A program made the position numbers and the translations under genes. 49,412 bases of DNA from the NCBI GenBank assembly GCA_024695865.1, contig JAILHI010000004.1, forward strand, positions 1-49,412. The letters run 5' to 3'. This document shows positions 16,817 to 26,872 of the stretch, piece after piece. Every line of letters begins with the position of its first letter. Position 1 is the first letter of the stretch. The stretch comes from Candidatus Gastranaerophilales bacterium. Lineage in GTDB: Bacteria > Cyanobacteriota > Vampirovibrionia > Gastranaerophilales > Gastranaerophilaceae. Below the pieces are notes generated by a model. That model ran no database searches. It saw only the letters and a program-made list of their open reading frames with translations, and had not been told where the DNA came from.

Positions 16817-18214
16817 TTATTTATCCTTTAAATCTACTAAGACATCAACGAGCATAGGATCCCATTTCTCGCTTGCTTCTTCTTTCATGATGGATAAGGC
16901 TTTTTCAACGGACATTGCTTTTCTGTATGTTCTTTCCGTTGTTAAAGCGCAGTATGCATCTGCAATCGCAATAATTCTGGAGCCTAATGGGATACTCTGT
17001 CCTTTTAAGCCTTCACGTCCCGTTCCGTCCCATCTTTCTTTGTGATAGTGAATGTACGGGATTACTTCTGCCATAAAGTTTATGCTCATAAGCAGATTTA
17101 CACCGATATTGGGGTGGTTGTATAATTTTGCCCATTCTTCTTTTGTAAGGGCTTCTTTTTTGTCAAAGATTTCAATAGGAAGCGTAATTTTTCCGATGTT
17201 TCTCAAAAGTGCGGCATAATATACCAAATCTTTTGTCTTTTCGTTTAAGCCCAAGGCAGTGCATATTTCCGTGGACAACTGCGCAACTGCTCTTGAATAG
17301 TCCGCTTTAAAGTGGCTTCTTGCATCAACGGCTCTTGCAAGATTTTCAACAAATGCCTGCTGTTCGTCGCCCAAATCACCGATTAATGCGGTAATTTCAG
17401 CCCTTAAATGCTGTAAATCGGTAATATCTGCTTCTTTGTCATTTATTAATCTTTCGGCTTCTTCGGATTCTTTTTGGAATGCCATAGATGTTGCAAAAAG
17501 TGCTGCCGTTATTTCGCACATATTGATAAAATCAGGTTCAATCTCTTTGTGTGTGTAGTTCTGAATTACGATAACACCGACACAGTCAAGTGAACTTTTC
17601 ATAGGAACCGAAAGGCAGTAAACCGCTTTATCTTCATCAATTTCTTTAATCGGTTTAAGATGTTCGATGTCGGATTCGAGTAATTCAATTGTCTGGCGTT
17701 CTTTGTATGCTTTCAGGGCGATTGAATTATCTTCAAATTTATATCCGATATTCTTTTTATACAGGTCGCCTTTGATTTTTACGGAGGTTCCGACAAGTAT
17801 TAAATCGTGGTTATTCTTTGTAAAACCGCCTGCATTTTCTTTTGTCAGATATATGTGGCAGGCATCTACAGCCGCCATTTCTTTAATTGTTTTTGCAATT
17901 GAATTGTATATTATATAATCTTCTTTACTGTTAAATCCGAGAATCGTTAAAGCCTTGTCTTTTGAATATATGGAAATTAATTCCGATAACTGTTTTTTTA
18001 AACCTTCGCATTTGTCGGTTTCTTTTTCGCTGATTTTTTTAGCCAAATCTTCCGAAATTAAATGTTCGGATAAAAAATCACCCAGGTTTAACGCAAAAAT
18101 TTCTTCTAACGGATCACAATCTATCAAGTCTGAACTTTGAGAAAAGAGTGATATACCTTCTTCTTTTTTTTCTTCCATGTGTATTATCTTTCCTGTGCCA
18201 TGCGGCAGAATCAA
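16817..18214 (-). CDS. GAF-domain HD-GYP-family phosphodiesterase (non-canonical GYP motif)
   Basis: HD domain 'HPNIG...HYHKERWDGTGREG': the HD-GYP signature is present but with HHE->HKE and GYP->GRE substitutions. An upstream GAF-like region is present. An alternative start at M13 (18178) is possible. Confidence 0.7.
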   Translation of the reverse strand: MILPHGTGKIIHMEEKKEEGISLFSQSSDLIDCDPLEEIFALNLGDFLSEHLISEDLAKKISEKETDKCEGLKKQLSELISIYSKDKALTILGFNSKEDYIIYNSIAKTIKEMAAVDACHIYLTKENAGGFTKNNHDLILVGTSVKIKGDLYKKNIGYKFEDNSIALKAYKERQTIELLESDIEHLKPIKEIDEDKAVYCLSVPMKSSLDCVGVIVIQNYTHKEIEPDFINMCEITAALFATSMAFQKESEEAERLINDKEADITDLQHLRAEITALIGDLGDEQQAFVENLARAVDARSHFKADYSRAVAQLSTEICTALGLNEKTKDLVYYAALLRNIGKITLPIEIFDKKEALTKEEWAKLYNHPNIGVNLLMSINFMAEVIPYIHYHKERWDGTGREGLKGQSIPLGSRIIAIADAYCALTTERTYRKAMSVEKALSIMKEEASEKWDPMLVDVLVDLKDK

Positions 18215-18443
18215 ATCTCTCCTTTATTATTGTCGGACACTTTTTGAAAAACTTTACTTATTTTACAAAACTTCATACAAATGTATGAGTTTAATTTTTA
18301 AAAAAATCGGTTTAAAAACTTTGTTTTACATGAATTTATGCCCGATTTTGAATGTTTAGAATTGTAACAAATGAGTTAAAGAATTAAAGATTTTCTATAT
18401 TTCAGCCGACATAAAAAATGTAAGTAGTAAGTGTGGAAATCAA

Positions 18444-18761
18444 ATGATTAATATTCAGTCAGTTACAGCCATGAATATGATTAATGCGGTTAATGCTCAG
18501 GCAAATGCCAACACTTATAACATGGACGGAAAGATATTCGTTTCTACGGATATGCTTAACCTTGAAAAAACTCAAACTTTAAACGTTTCTGATTTAATGC
18601 GTCGTTTGGAAACAATCGACCATCTTTCAAAAGATAAAAACAGTTCACAATCATTACCCTTTGCCGATTCAAAGATGTCCTCGGACAGACGGGAATATCA
18701 ACAGCCTCAAATGGTTGAAAAAGATGAAAAACTCGGCAAATTACTCAATGTTTACGCTTAA
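18444..18761 (+). CDS. hypothetical small protein (105 aa)
   Basis: ORF followed by a clear terminator. I recognise no domain. Confidence 0.4.
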   Translation: MINIQSVTAMNMINAVNAQANANTYNMDGKIFVSTDMLNLEKTQTLNVSDLMRRLETIDHLSKDKNSSQSLPFADSKMSSDRREYQQPQMVEKDEKLGKLLNVYA

Positions 18762-18810
18762 TTTAAAATTATAATTTCTTACAAAACTTACAATTCTTAC
18801 TTACAAAACA

Positions 18811-18836
18811 AGATGGATTAAACCATCTTTTTTTTT
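18811..18836 (+). terminator. rho-independent terminator (AGATGGattaaaCCATCTttttttttt)
   Basis: 6-bp stem plus a 9-T run, 50 nt after the 18761 stop. Confidence 0.65.
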
Positions 18837-18904
18837 GCAAAAAATTAAAAACTGATATACAAAGATAAGAATTTAAGTTATAATTTTTTTGGAATGGTGT
18901 CAAT

Positions 18905-20272
18905 ATGCTTAATCTTGAAAACATTGCAGACAGAATAAGAGAAGCCATAGACGGAGAAAACGATAAAGCTCTCAAAGAGATTTTAGAGAGTTACCATTGT
19001 GCCGACCTTGTGGAAATTTTGCAGGAATTAAAGCCTGAAGAGCGTCTTATTGCTTTTAAAGCAATTGACGAAGATAAGGCTGCCGAAATGCTTGAGTATG
19101 CACCGCCTCAATTACAGGTGGAAATTTTATCGGAAGTCGGTGAGGAGCAGGCGGCAAGACTTATTATGAAAATGCCTCACGATGAGGTTGCCGACGTTTT
19201 TGCCGAAATGGAGGAAGACGATACCGAAGCATATTTGAACAAATTGCCTGAAAAGGTTTCAACGGAAATCCGAGAACTTTTGGCATACAAAGAGGATTCT
19301 GCGGGCGGTATTATGACACCGCACGTTTTGACCGTAAATAAAGATATGCGTGTTGAAGATGTTGTCGCTTTTATTAAATCAAAGGCGGAGCAGGACGAAT
19401 TTGAACTTTATTATTTGTATGTAACGGACAACCAGAAGCACCTTTTGGGTGTTGTCAGTTTGCGTGCTTTGCTTACAAAGCCTTATAAAACTAAAATCGA
19501 AGATATAATGACGAAGGATATCGTCAAACTTCATATTGATGACCCACAGGATGCAGTTGCAGATATATTTATGAAATACCAATATACCGCCTTGCCCGTT
19601 GTTGACTTGTATAACAGATTAAAGGGTATGATTACCTGGGACGATGCTCAGGATATCGTTGAAGAAGAAACCACCGAAGAAATTTACCAGACATCAGGTA
19701 TTTCGACTGATTTGGTTGACGAGGACGAAATTATTTTCGGTTCGACTTTTGATGCTGTAAAGGCAAGATGTCCGTGGCTGTTTATAACACTTCTCGGTGA
19801 ATTTATTGCGGCAAATGTTGCGGACAAATTTGAAAATACTTTAAATGCTTTGCCTATTATAGCAATATTTATGCCGCTTTTGGCAGGTCTTGGCGGTAAT
19901 ATCGGTACACAAAGTATTACTCTGATGACAAGAGGTTTGTCAACGGGGCAGGTTTCGATAAATTCTGCACTGTATCATATCTGGAAAGAATTAAAGGTCG
20001 GTCTTTTAATCGGCTTGCTTTTCGGGGCTATGGTATCTCTTGTAACTTGGAAATGGCAGAACAATCTTGAATTTGGTCTGGTGGTCGGCGCCGCAATGGC
20101 TGTCAATATGACACTCGCTGCTTTTTTGGGAACGATAACACCTTTTGTATTAAAGAAAATTAAAATTGACCCTGCGGTAGCCTCGGGGCCCGTAATTGCG
20201 ACTACAATCGACGTTTTGGGTCTTGCAATTTATTTTTCGCTAGTTACGGTTTACCTGTTAAAAATAGTATAA
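18905..20272 (+). CDS. mgtE: magnesium transporter MgtE
   Basis: MgtE N-domain. Tandem CBS region. C-terminal MgtE TM domain with 'GLGGNIGTQS' and 'GPVIATTIDVLGL'. Confidence 0.9.
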   Translation: MLNLENIADRIREAIDGENDKALKEILESYHCADLVEILQELKPEERLIAFKAIDEDKAAEMLEYAPPQLQVEILSEVGEEQAARLIMKMPHDEVADVFAEMEEDDTEAYLNKLPEKVSTEIRELLAYKEDSAGGIMTPHVLTVNKDMRVEDVVAFIKSKAEQDEFELYYLYVTDNQKHLLGVVSLRALLTKPYKTKIEDIMTKDIVKLHIDDPQDAVADIFMKYQYTALPVVDLYNRLKGMITWDDAQDIVEEETTEEIYQTSGISTDLVDEDEIIFGSTFDAVKARCPWLFITLLGEFIAANVADKFENTLNALPIIAIFMPLLAGLGGNIGTQSITLMTRGLSTGQVSINSALYHIWKELKVGLLIGLLFGAMVSLVTWKWQNNLEFGLVVGAAMAVNMTLAAFLGTITPFVLKKIKIDPAVASGPVIATTIDVLGLAIYFSLVTVYLLKIV

Positions 20273-20286
20273 CGGAGAGTTTTTAA

Positions 20287-21531
20287 TTGAAAAAATACAA
20301 CGTAATAATAATTTCTAACGACAAACAGGCTGCGGAAGCATTGGCTTCAAAGGTTTTGTTGTCAAGAAAAAGTGATTCCGTTGCGATTACCGATTTTGAT
20401 AAGGCTGTTGTTTTGTTAAAGAAACAGGTGCCCGATATTATTATTATGTATATTGAAAATGAAAAGCAGGTTAATCTTGTCAAAGCGATAAAGGAAGACA
20501 AAATTTTGCAGACTTGTTTTGTGATTATGTCTTTAAAAACCGTGGATAACGATATTTTGTGTAAGGGTTTTGATGCGGGAATTGACGATGTTTTAGATGT
20601 TAATGAAAACGAAACGCTTTTCAGTATGCGGATTTTCTGGGCTTTAAAAAATAAACTTTGCAGAGAACTTTTAACACAGAAATCGGATATTTTGGCGCTG
20701 CAAAAGATTACCCGAAAAGAAACGGGTTTTTATCTTGCAGATTACGTACCGCAAATTTTTTCAAAAGAATATCAAAAGTGTCTGACGGCTTATCAAAAGG
20801 CTGTTTTAATGCTTATTGAGGCGGATAAAAAGTCAAAAGATACTTTATCTGTTTTTGATATCGGAAAAATTGTTTCTTCTGTCATAAGGTCGAGTGATAT
20901 TGCGGCATACAGGGATAATGTTCTTTATCTTTTGCTCAAAAATACAGATGAACACGGCGCAAAGGATTTTTATAACAAGATTAATAACAGTTTTCCGTTT
21001 GATATTTCTGTTTCTGCTGCGGCTATTGATATTTCTGTTTGTGATAAATTTTCAGAAGCCGAAAAAATTCTTGTTAAAAAGTTGCAAACTTCATCAAAGG
21101 ACGGAAATTCTTTTGCTTTTATCTCGCAAAATCAGGCTGTAAGCCCGTTATTTGACAAAATCAATCCGACCTTTGAGCAGTCCTTGACGAAAGAGATTAA
21201 AAAATTTGTTGAAAACACCGTAACACCTGTTTTCTTTAAGATGCAGTCAATTTATGAACATAAACTGTTTAACACAGATATTAAACAGGTTTTTGGGGAT
21301 AAAGAATGTTCTTTTATTTTAAAAAGTAAAGGATTTAAGACTATAATCACCGTAAAATACGACAATTCCGAAAATATCACGGTTGAAACGAAAGAAATCT
21401 GTAAACAGGATACGGATTGTGATATTATTACTATGCTGCAGAGCGAATTTACGGGGGATAAACTCGAACAAATCATTCAGGCGGGTGCCGAAAAGTTTCG
21501 TATTAATTTGAGTAAAAGTGAAGAGCAATAA
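20287..21531 (+). CDS. pseudo-receiver domain + degenerate GGDEF-like domain protein
   Basis: The N-terminus has a REC-like fold, but the phospho-acceptor position reads 'IIIMYIEN' (Tyr, not Asp). The central region aligns to GGDEF with the active-site GGDEF replaced by 'RDNVLYLLL' ('AAYRDNVLYLLLKNTDEHGAKDFYNKI'). I do not recognise the C-terminal 130 aa. Confidence 0.5.
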   Translation: MKKYNVIIISNDKQAAEALASKVLLSRKSDSVAITDFDKAVVLLKKQVPDIIIMYIENEKQVNLVKAIKEDKILQTCFVIMSLKTVDNDILCKGFDAGIDDVLDVNENETLFSMRIFWALKNKLCRELLTQKSDILALQKITRKETGFYLADYVPQIFSKEYQKCLTAYQKAVLMLIEADKKSKDTLSVFDIGKIVSSVIRSSDIAAYRDNVLYLLLKNTDEHGAKDFYNKINNSFPFDISVSAAAIDISVCDKFSEAEKILVKKLQTSSKDGNSFAFISQNQAVSPLFDKINPTFEQSLTKEIKKFVENTVTPVFFKMQSIYEHKLFNTDIKQVFGDKECSFILKSKGFKTIITVKYDNSENITVETKEICKQDTDCDIITMLQSEFTGDKLEQIIQAGAEKFRINLSKSEEQ

Positions 21532-22310
21532 TGGACGTTTTAATATCATCATCGGTTGAAAAAACATTAAAAGATGCGGTAAAACTGGCAAAAGAACTTG
21601 ATGTCGGTCTTGAAATCAGCAGATTGCCTAATATGGCAATGATTGACGATGATTTTGAGTGTATTTTGCGTGAAATCAAAGAGTCTGTTTCTGATTTTGA
21701 CGGAAAAGTAACTTTGCACGCACTTTTTTCGGATTTAAACCCCGCAAGTAAAGATGCGGCATTAAAGAAGGTGGCAGAAAAGAGATATCAGCAGTCTTTT
21801 CAGGCTGCGCTGACGGCGGGAGCGAAAGACGTTGTTTTTCACTCGGGGCATAAGGGTATGAAACACAGAGTTTCCGTTCAGAATTATCTTGACGGCTCAA
21901 TAAAATTCTGGAAAGAATATATTAAGCAGTTTGAGGACAACGGAATGACCGCTTCTATTGAAAACGTTCTCGAGGACAGTTATGTCAATCTTATTACGAT
22001 TGTTGATGCGGTAAATTCACCAAATCTTAAAGTTTGTCTTGATACGGGACATGCAAACCTTTGTTCGAATATTCCTGTTTCAGAATGGATAAAAACTTAC
22101 GGTTCAAGACTTCATCATATGCATTTGCATAACAATTACAAGACAAACGACGACCATGCAGGTCTGAAATACGGCACGGTAAATTTTCTTGATGTCGTAA
22201 ATACGTTGAAAACGGAAAATTTAAAGCCCGTAACTGTCTTTGAAATGTTTGACAAAGATATGCTGCTCGAAAGTCTTGAAATCTACAAAAACCTTACGGC
22301 AATGGTTTAA
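21531..22310 (+). CDS. sugar-phosphate isomerase/epimerase (xylose-isomerase-like TIM barrel)
   Basis: Motifs 'VVFHSGH', 'LDTGHANL' and 'HMHLHNN' are typical of the AP-endo2/xylose-isomerase-like fold. Confidence 0.65.
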   Translation: MDVLISSSVEKTLKDAVKLAKELDVGLEISRLPNMAMIDDDFECILREIKESVSDFDGKVTLHALFSDLNPASKDAALKKVAEKRYQQSFQAALTAGAKDVVFHSGHKGMKHRVSVQNYLDGSIKFWKEYIKQFEDNGMTASIENVLEDSYVNLITIVDAVNSPNLKVCLDTGHANLCSNIPVSEWIKTYGSRLHHMHLHNNYKTNDDHAGLKYGTVNFLDVVNTLKTENLKPVTVFEMFDKDMLLESLEIYKNLTAMV

Positions 22311-23439
22311 TTTCAAGGCAATATCCGTTTACGGAGACTTCAAAGTCTTTTGATGTTTCGGACATAAGTTCGGTGCGTTGGTTTTGGTAGTCTATGCTCC
22401 ACGTACCCAGGAATTTTGCGCCCTGATGATTTTTGCCGAAGGCGTAAGCATAAGCGATAATTCTGTCTGTATTATACATATCCCAGCCAAGCGGGTAGAT
22501 ATCCCACATATAATCAATTAAATCGAGTTTGTGCTGAGTTCGCCAATAGTACCTTATCGCTTCTCTTATTGCCGTGAGTTCGTAAGCCTTATTATTTTCA
22601 AAATCATAAGTCCAGATTTGCGTTTTCCACGGCCCCTGATTTTGAGAACCGATTTTTTCCTTTACCGCAAGTTTTTGTCCGTCCGCCGACCAGTCAATTA
22701 CTATAAAAGTCCTTTTTTCATACTCAAAAAGTTTATTTGTGCCTGCTCTTAAAATAGGCTCTTTTTCGGCTTCAACGGTGTGAAAATCACGAAGCGCCGA
22801 CAGCGTTGATGTTCCCTCAGGAATATTTATGTAAAACATTTCAGATGCAACCTGTTCCGAGGGCGGATAGGAATATACAACAGAGTATGCCAAACGTCTG
22901 TTATCGGGGGATAATACGCCCTGCGTAACGATTTCATGTTTGGTTAATAACTGTCTTAAATCAATATTTCTCGTACCGGGAACAGCGTTATATTTTACTA
23001 CTCTTAACTGCGGGTCGGGCAAATTTACGAGTTTTTCGTCTTTCGGAAAACTCGGCTTAGACTTTTTCATATCCGCACGTTTTACATCTTTTGACATTTG
23101 GATATATTCGTCAAAGGTTTTTGGTGCTTTGATTTCTTTTTTTACGCTTCTGTATGACCGTTTTTTGAGTTTTTTTGATTTTTTAAATTTGGGGGATTTG
23201 GTCTTTTTTCTGCTTTGTTTAAGGGCTTTTATTTCCTCTTTTTGCTTTTTCTTTATGTCCTTTGGTGTTTCGGGCGGCGGAATAAGTAAATCGGGTTCTT
23301 CCTTAACTCTTGATTTTTTCTCTTTCGGGTTATCAAGTTCCGTCGTCGCCTTTGCATTTGCAGGCACAGCACAAATATCGGCATACAGCAGAAATATACC
23401 CAATAATACCGAACAAAATAACGGCTTGAAGTTTTTCAT
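22294..23439 (-). CDS. secreted hypothetical protein with Lys-rich linker and beta-rich C-terminal domain
   Basis: Signal peptide 'MKNFKPLFCSVLLGIFLLYADICAVPANA', followed by a K/P-rich low-complexity stretch. Its start abuts the stop of the upstream response regulator, so it is probably the last gene of the HK-RR operon. Confidence 0.5.
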   Translation of the reverse strand: MKNFKPLFCSVLLGIFLLYADICAVPANAKATTELDNPKEKKSRVKEEPDLLIPPPETPKDIKKKQKEEIKALKQSRKKTKSPKFKKSKKLKKRSYRSVKKEIKAPKTFDEYIQMSKDVKRADMKKSKPSFPKDEKLVNLPDPQLRVVKYNAVPGTRNIDLRQLLTKHEIVTQGVLSPDNRRLAYSVVYSYPPSEQVASEMFYINIPEGTSTLSALRDFHTVEAEKEPILRAGTNKLFEYEKRTFIVIDWSADGQKLAVKEKIGSQNQGPWKTQIWTYDFENNKAYELTAIREAIRYYWRTQHKLDLIDYMWDIYPLGWDMYNTDRIIAYAYAFGKNHQGAKFLGTWSIDYQNQRTELMSETSKDFEVSVNGYCLEIKPLP

Positions 23440-24099
23440 TTAAACTAAACCTTCTTTATAGGCAAGTGCCGTAGCCTGATGCTTATTTTTTACGTAAAGT
23501 TTTCCTAAAAGATTGTGAACGTGTGCTTTTACGGTTGATTTTTCCACAACGAGTTTTTCGGCTATTTCGTCATTATCAAGACCGTCTGCTATAAGTTTTA
23601 AAACTTCACATTCTTTGCTTGTAAGGTTGTATTCTTTGTATTTCATAGGATTAGGTGCCGACATTTTATTTTCGGTTTTTACATTTGCAATCACAAGTTT
23701 TGCTATTGACGGGTCAATCCAGCCTTTTCCCTGTGCAATATCAGTAATAGCCTTAACAAGTTGTTCTTCGTTTGCGCCCTTCATTATGTAGCCGTCAGCA
23801 CCTGCTTTAAACGCTTCAAAAACGTCCTCCTGCTGTTCTCTTGATGTAAATATGAGAACTTTTGACGGCAGATTTTGTTCTTTTATAAGTCTTGTTGCTT
23901 CGATACCGTCCATTTCGGGCAAGCCTATGTCCATAAGTACAACGTCGGGCAAAAGTTCTTTTGTAAGTTCAAGCCCTTTTTTGCCGTCTGCCGCCTCGCC
24001 GATAACGGTAATGTTTTCTGCCTTTTCCAAGCCCATTTGCAGTCCTAATCGCATTAATGTCTGGTCTTCTACTATAAGAACTTTTATCTTTTCCATCAT
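23440..24099 (-). CDS. NarL/FixJ-family response regulator (REC + LuxR HTH)
   Basis: REC motifs 'VLIVEDQ' and 'DVVLMDIGLPEMDG'. C-terminal LuxR-type HTH 'LTSKECEVLKLIADGLDNDEIAEKLVVEKSTVKAHVHNLLGKL'. Confidence 0.85.
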   Translation of the reverse strand: MMEKIKVLIVEDQTLMRLGLQMGLEKAENITVIGEAADGKKGLELTKELLPDVVLMDIGLPEMDGIEATRLIKEQNLPSKVLIFTSREQQEDVFEAFKAGADGYIMKGANEEQLVKAITDIAQGKGWIDPSIAKLVIANVKTENKMSAPNPMKYKEYNLTSKECEVLKLIADGLDNDEIAEKLVVEKSTVKAHVHNLLGKLYVKNKHQATALAYKEGLV

Positions 24100-24102
24100 T
24101 TT

Positions 24103-25647
24103 TTAAACCTTATTTTTTAAAAGAGCAGCATCTAAAAGCAGGAAGAAAAATTCGCTTCCTTTGTTTTGTACGCTTTCAAGCCAGATTTTTCCGCCGTGAG
24201 CCTCGATAATCTGTTTTGAAAGATACAAGCCTAAACCTGTACTTGCGGAACGTCTGTTTTTTGTTCCCTGTGAAAACCTTTTGAACATTTTATTTATGTC
24301 ATCGTGAGAAATACCTATTCCGTTATCTTTCACCGAAAACATATAATCATTTCCGTTCAGGTTGGATTTTACGAGAATTTTTCCGTTTTCTTCGGTGTAA
24401 TTAACTGCGTTTCCGAGCAGGTTCATCATTACACGTCTGATTTCGTTTCTGTCCGCATTTATTTCTATATCGTTTGTAGAATCGAGTTCCCTTATCAGTT
24501 CAATATTTTTTGATTTTGCGAGTGATTCGATTTCGTCGCAGCACTGATTGACGAGGTCATTTGGTGCAAAATCGGCCTTGTTTATCGGAATTGTACCCGA
24601 TTCGTACTTGTAAACTTCAAGCAGGGCATTGACAAGTCCGAGCATATCTTTGTTGCTCTGGAGCATTGTGGAAAGAAGAAGATTTTGTTTTTCGGTAAGT
24701 TCCCCGAGTGAGCCGTCCGTAAAATATTTGAGTGTCTGAATTGCAGCAAGTAACGGTGTCCTCAAATCGTGCGTTAAGGTTGCAATAAAATCTTCTCTTA
24801 ACCTTTGAGCCTCTTTTTGTGCCGAAACATCACGAACAACGCAGACATAATAGTTTACGGGCTCGATTTTGGCATAACTGATGTCTGCGGTAATATTGTT
24901 TCCGTTTACCGCATTTTTTACAAAAATATCACGTATAATTCCGCTGTTATCGGTATTCTTCAATAATTCGGAAAATTGATCGGTTTCGGAAGAAAATAAT
25001 TCGTCCAAATCCATTTTTTGAATCATTGTTTCGGCAAGTCCGAACATTGTTTCTGCCGCATTATTGACCGAAACGATTTTATTGTCCTCTGATATTAACA
25101 CAATACCGTCTGCGCAATTTGAAATGATTGCATTTAATTTAGAGTTTGCCTCGGTAAGTTCCGCTGTTCTTGCTTTTACCATTTCTTCAAGGTGATTGGA
25201 ATATTTTTCAAGTTCCGAATTGGCTTTGTTTAATTCTTCAACTTTTTCTTTTAAGGCGGAAACAAGTTCGCATTTTTCAAGCCCGTTTTTGATATTTATA
25301 AGTAAGTCATCGTTTTGCCAAGGTTTTTCAATATACTTATACAGTCCCACTTCGTTGATAGCACGGATAGCATTTTCCTTGTCTGCATATCCTGTCAGCA
25401 GAATTTTGCAGGCATCGGGACAAAGGTTCTTCGCCTCCGTTAAAAATTCCAACCCGTTCATATCAGGCATTTTGAAGTCTGAAATTATTAAATCGGGTTT
25501 TGCTTCCTTTAAAAAAGCAATCGCATCAAGAGGCGAATTAAAACAGTTTACGTCGCTGAACCCCTCAAGACTAAGTAATGTCTTTAAAGTGGAAGTTGCA
25601 ATTTTTTCATCATCTAATATTAAAATTTTCTTCGATTTATACATCAA
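24103..25647 (-). CDS. hybrid sensor: N-terminal receiver + PAS + histidine kinase (HisKA/HATPase_c)
   Basis: REC 'ILILDDE...DLIISDFKMPDMNG', a PAS-like segment, H-box 'LTHDLRTPL', N/G boxes 'NLLGNAVNYT' and 'GLGLYLSKQIIEAHGG'. Confidence 0.8.
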   Translation of the reverse strand: MMYKSKKILILDDEKIATSTLKTLLSLEGFSDVNCFNSPLDAIAFLKEAKPDLIISDFKMPDMNGLEFLTEAKNLCPDACKILLTGYADKENAIRAINEVGLYKYIEKPWQNDDLLINIKNGLEKCELVSALKEKVEELNKANSELEKYSNHLEEMVKARTAELTEANSKLNAIISNCADGIVLISEDNKIVSVNNAAETMFGLAETMIQKMDLDELFSSETDQFSELLKNTDNSGIIRDIFVKNAVNGNNITADISYAKIEPVNYYVCVVRDVSAQKEAQRLREDFIATLTHDLRTPLLAAIQTLKYFTDGSLGELTEKQNLLLSTMLQSNKDMLGLVNALLEVYKYESGTIPINKADFAPNDLVNQCCDEIESLAKSKNIELIRELDSTNDIEINADRNEIRRVMMNLLGNAVNYTEENGKILVKSNLNGNDYMFSVKDNGIGISHDDINKMFKRFSQGTKNRRSASTGLGLYLSKQIIEAHGGKIWLESVQNKGSEFFFLLLDAALLKNKV

Positions 25648-25783
25648 TTACACCCAAATCTGTCAAAAACGGCAAGATTATACTATCCTACACATTAAAA
25701 TAATAATGTATTTGTTGCATAAATACAAATATATTAACGATTGTTAATATATTTGTATCCGGTTATTTATCGAAAAAAAAGAA

Positions 25784-26803
25784 TTATTTGATTTCCTGTA
25801 TCCAGCCTTCAGGTGCTTCGATTCTGCCCATCTGAATACCTGTCAGAGTGTCATAGAGTTTTGCGGTAATTTCGCCTGTTTCATTTTCGTAATTGAAGAC
25901 CGTTTCATCACCGTGGTTGACGATTTTTCCGACGGGTGAAAGAACTGCCGCCGTTCCGCATAAAGCACATTCTTTAAACTCTTTGATTTCGGGGTAGAAG
26001 ATTTCTCTTTCTTCAACTTCAAGGTTAAGATAATGCTGCGCAACGTACATAAGAGAACGTCTTGTGATTGACGGTAAAATCGTTTTGGATTTAGGTGTTA
26101 CGATTTTATTGTCTTTTGTTACAAAGATAATGTTTGCGCCGCCTGTTTCCTCAATTTTTGTTCTTGTTGCGGAGTCAAGATAGAGATTTTCGTCATAGCC
26201 CTGTTTATGCGCATCGACAATGGCGTGAAGACTCATTGCGTAATTAAGCCCTGCCTTTACGTGTCCCGTACCGAGCGGAGCCGCTCTGTCAAAGTCGGGA
26301 ACTCTTATTGTAATTGCTTTTGCGCCGCCTTTAAAATACGGGCCTACGGGGGTCGTAAAAATTCTGAACTGGTATTCGTTAGCGGGTTTTACGCCGATTA
26401 CTGCATTACTGCCGAACATATACGGTCTGATGTATAAGGTTGCACCTGTTCCGTAGGGCGGAACAAAGTCCTCATTTGCCTTTACAGTTTTTATGACCGC
26501 TTCTATGAATTTTTCTTTCGGATATACGGGCATTTCGAGTCTTTCGCAGGACTGCATCATTCTTTCCGCATTCAAATCGGGTCTGAAACATACAAGTTTG
26601 TTATCCACTGTTGTGTAGGCTTTTAAGCCTTCAAAACAGGTTTGCGCATATTGAAGCACACAGGCACATTCGCTCATCGTAACGGTGTCGTCTGTTGAAA
26701 TTGTTCCTTCGTCCCATTTCCCGTCTTTATAATTTGAAATAAAACGATAATCGGTTTTAATGTATCCAAATCCTAGGTTTTTCCAGTCAATATCTTTTTT
26801 CAT
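25784..26803 (-). CDS. ilvE: branched-chain amino acid aminotransferase (class IV PLP)
   Basis: Typical IlvE sequence throughout ('GLNYAMSLHA', 'EETGGANIF'). Start chosen at the ATG at 26803, which has a GGAG SD. The ORF-track start at 26833 is a non-ATG codon. Confidence 0.85.
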   Translation of the reverse strand: MKKDIDWKNLGFGYIKTDYRFISNYKDGKWDEGTISTDDTVTMSECACVLQYAQTCFEGLKAYTTVDNKLVCFRPDLNAERMMQSCERLEMPVYPKEKFIEAVIKTVKANEDFVPPYGTGATLYIRPYMFGSNAVIGVKPANEYQFRIFTTPVGPYFKGGAKAITIRVPDFDRAAPLGTGHVKAGLNYAMSLHAIVDAHKQGYDENLYLDSATRTKIEETGGANIIFVTKDNKIVTPKSKTILPSITRRSLMYVAQHYLNLEVEEREIFYPEIKEFKECALCGTAAVLSPVGKIVNHGDETVFNYENETGEITAKLYDTLTGIQMGRIEAPEGWIQEIK

Positions 26804-26872
26804 GTTTACTCCTGACAATTCTTTGTAATTCAATTATACAACTTTTTTTAATTTTTTAAAGGTGATTTTTTA

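Noticed and set aside
18762-18904. M-box (Mg2+) riboswitch upstream of mgtE
   Set aside because: The leader is only about 140 nt, begins with the terminator of the upstream gene, and shows none of the conserved M-box helices or sequence blocks.
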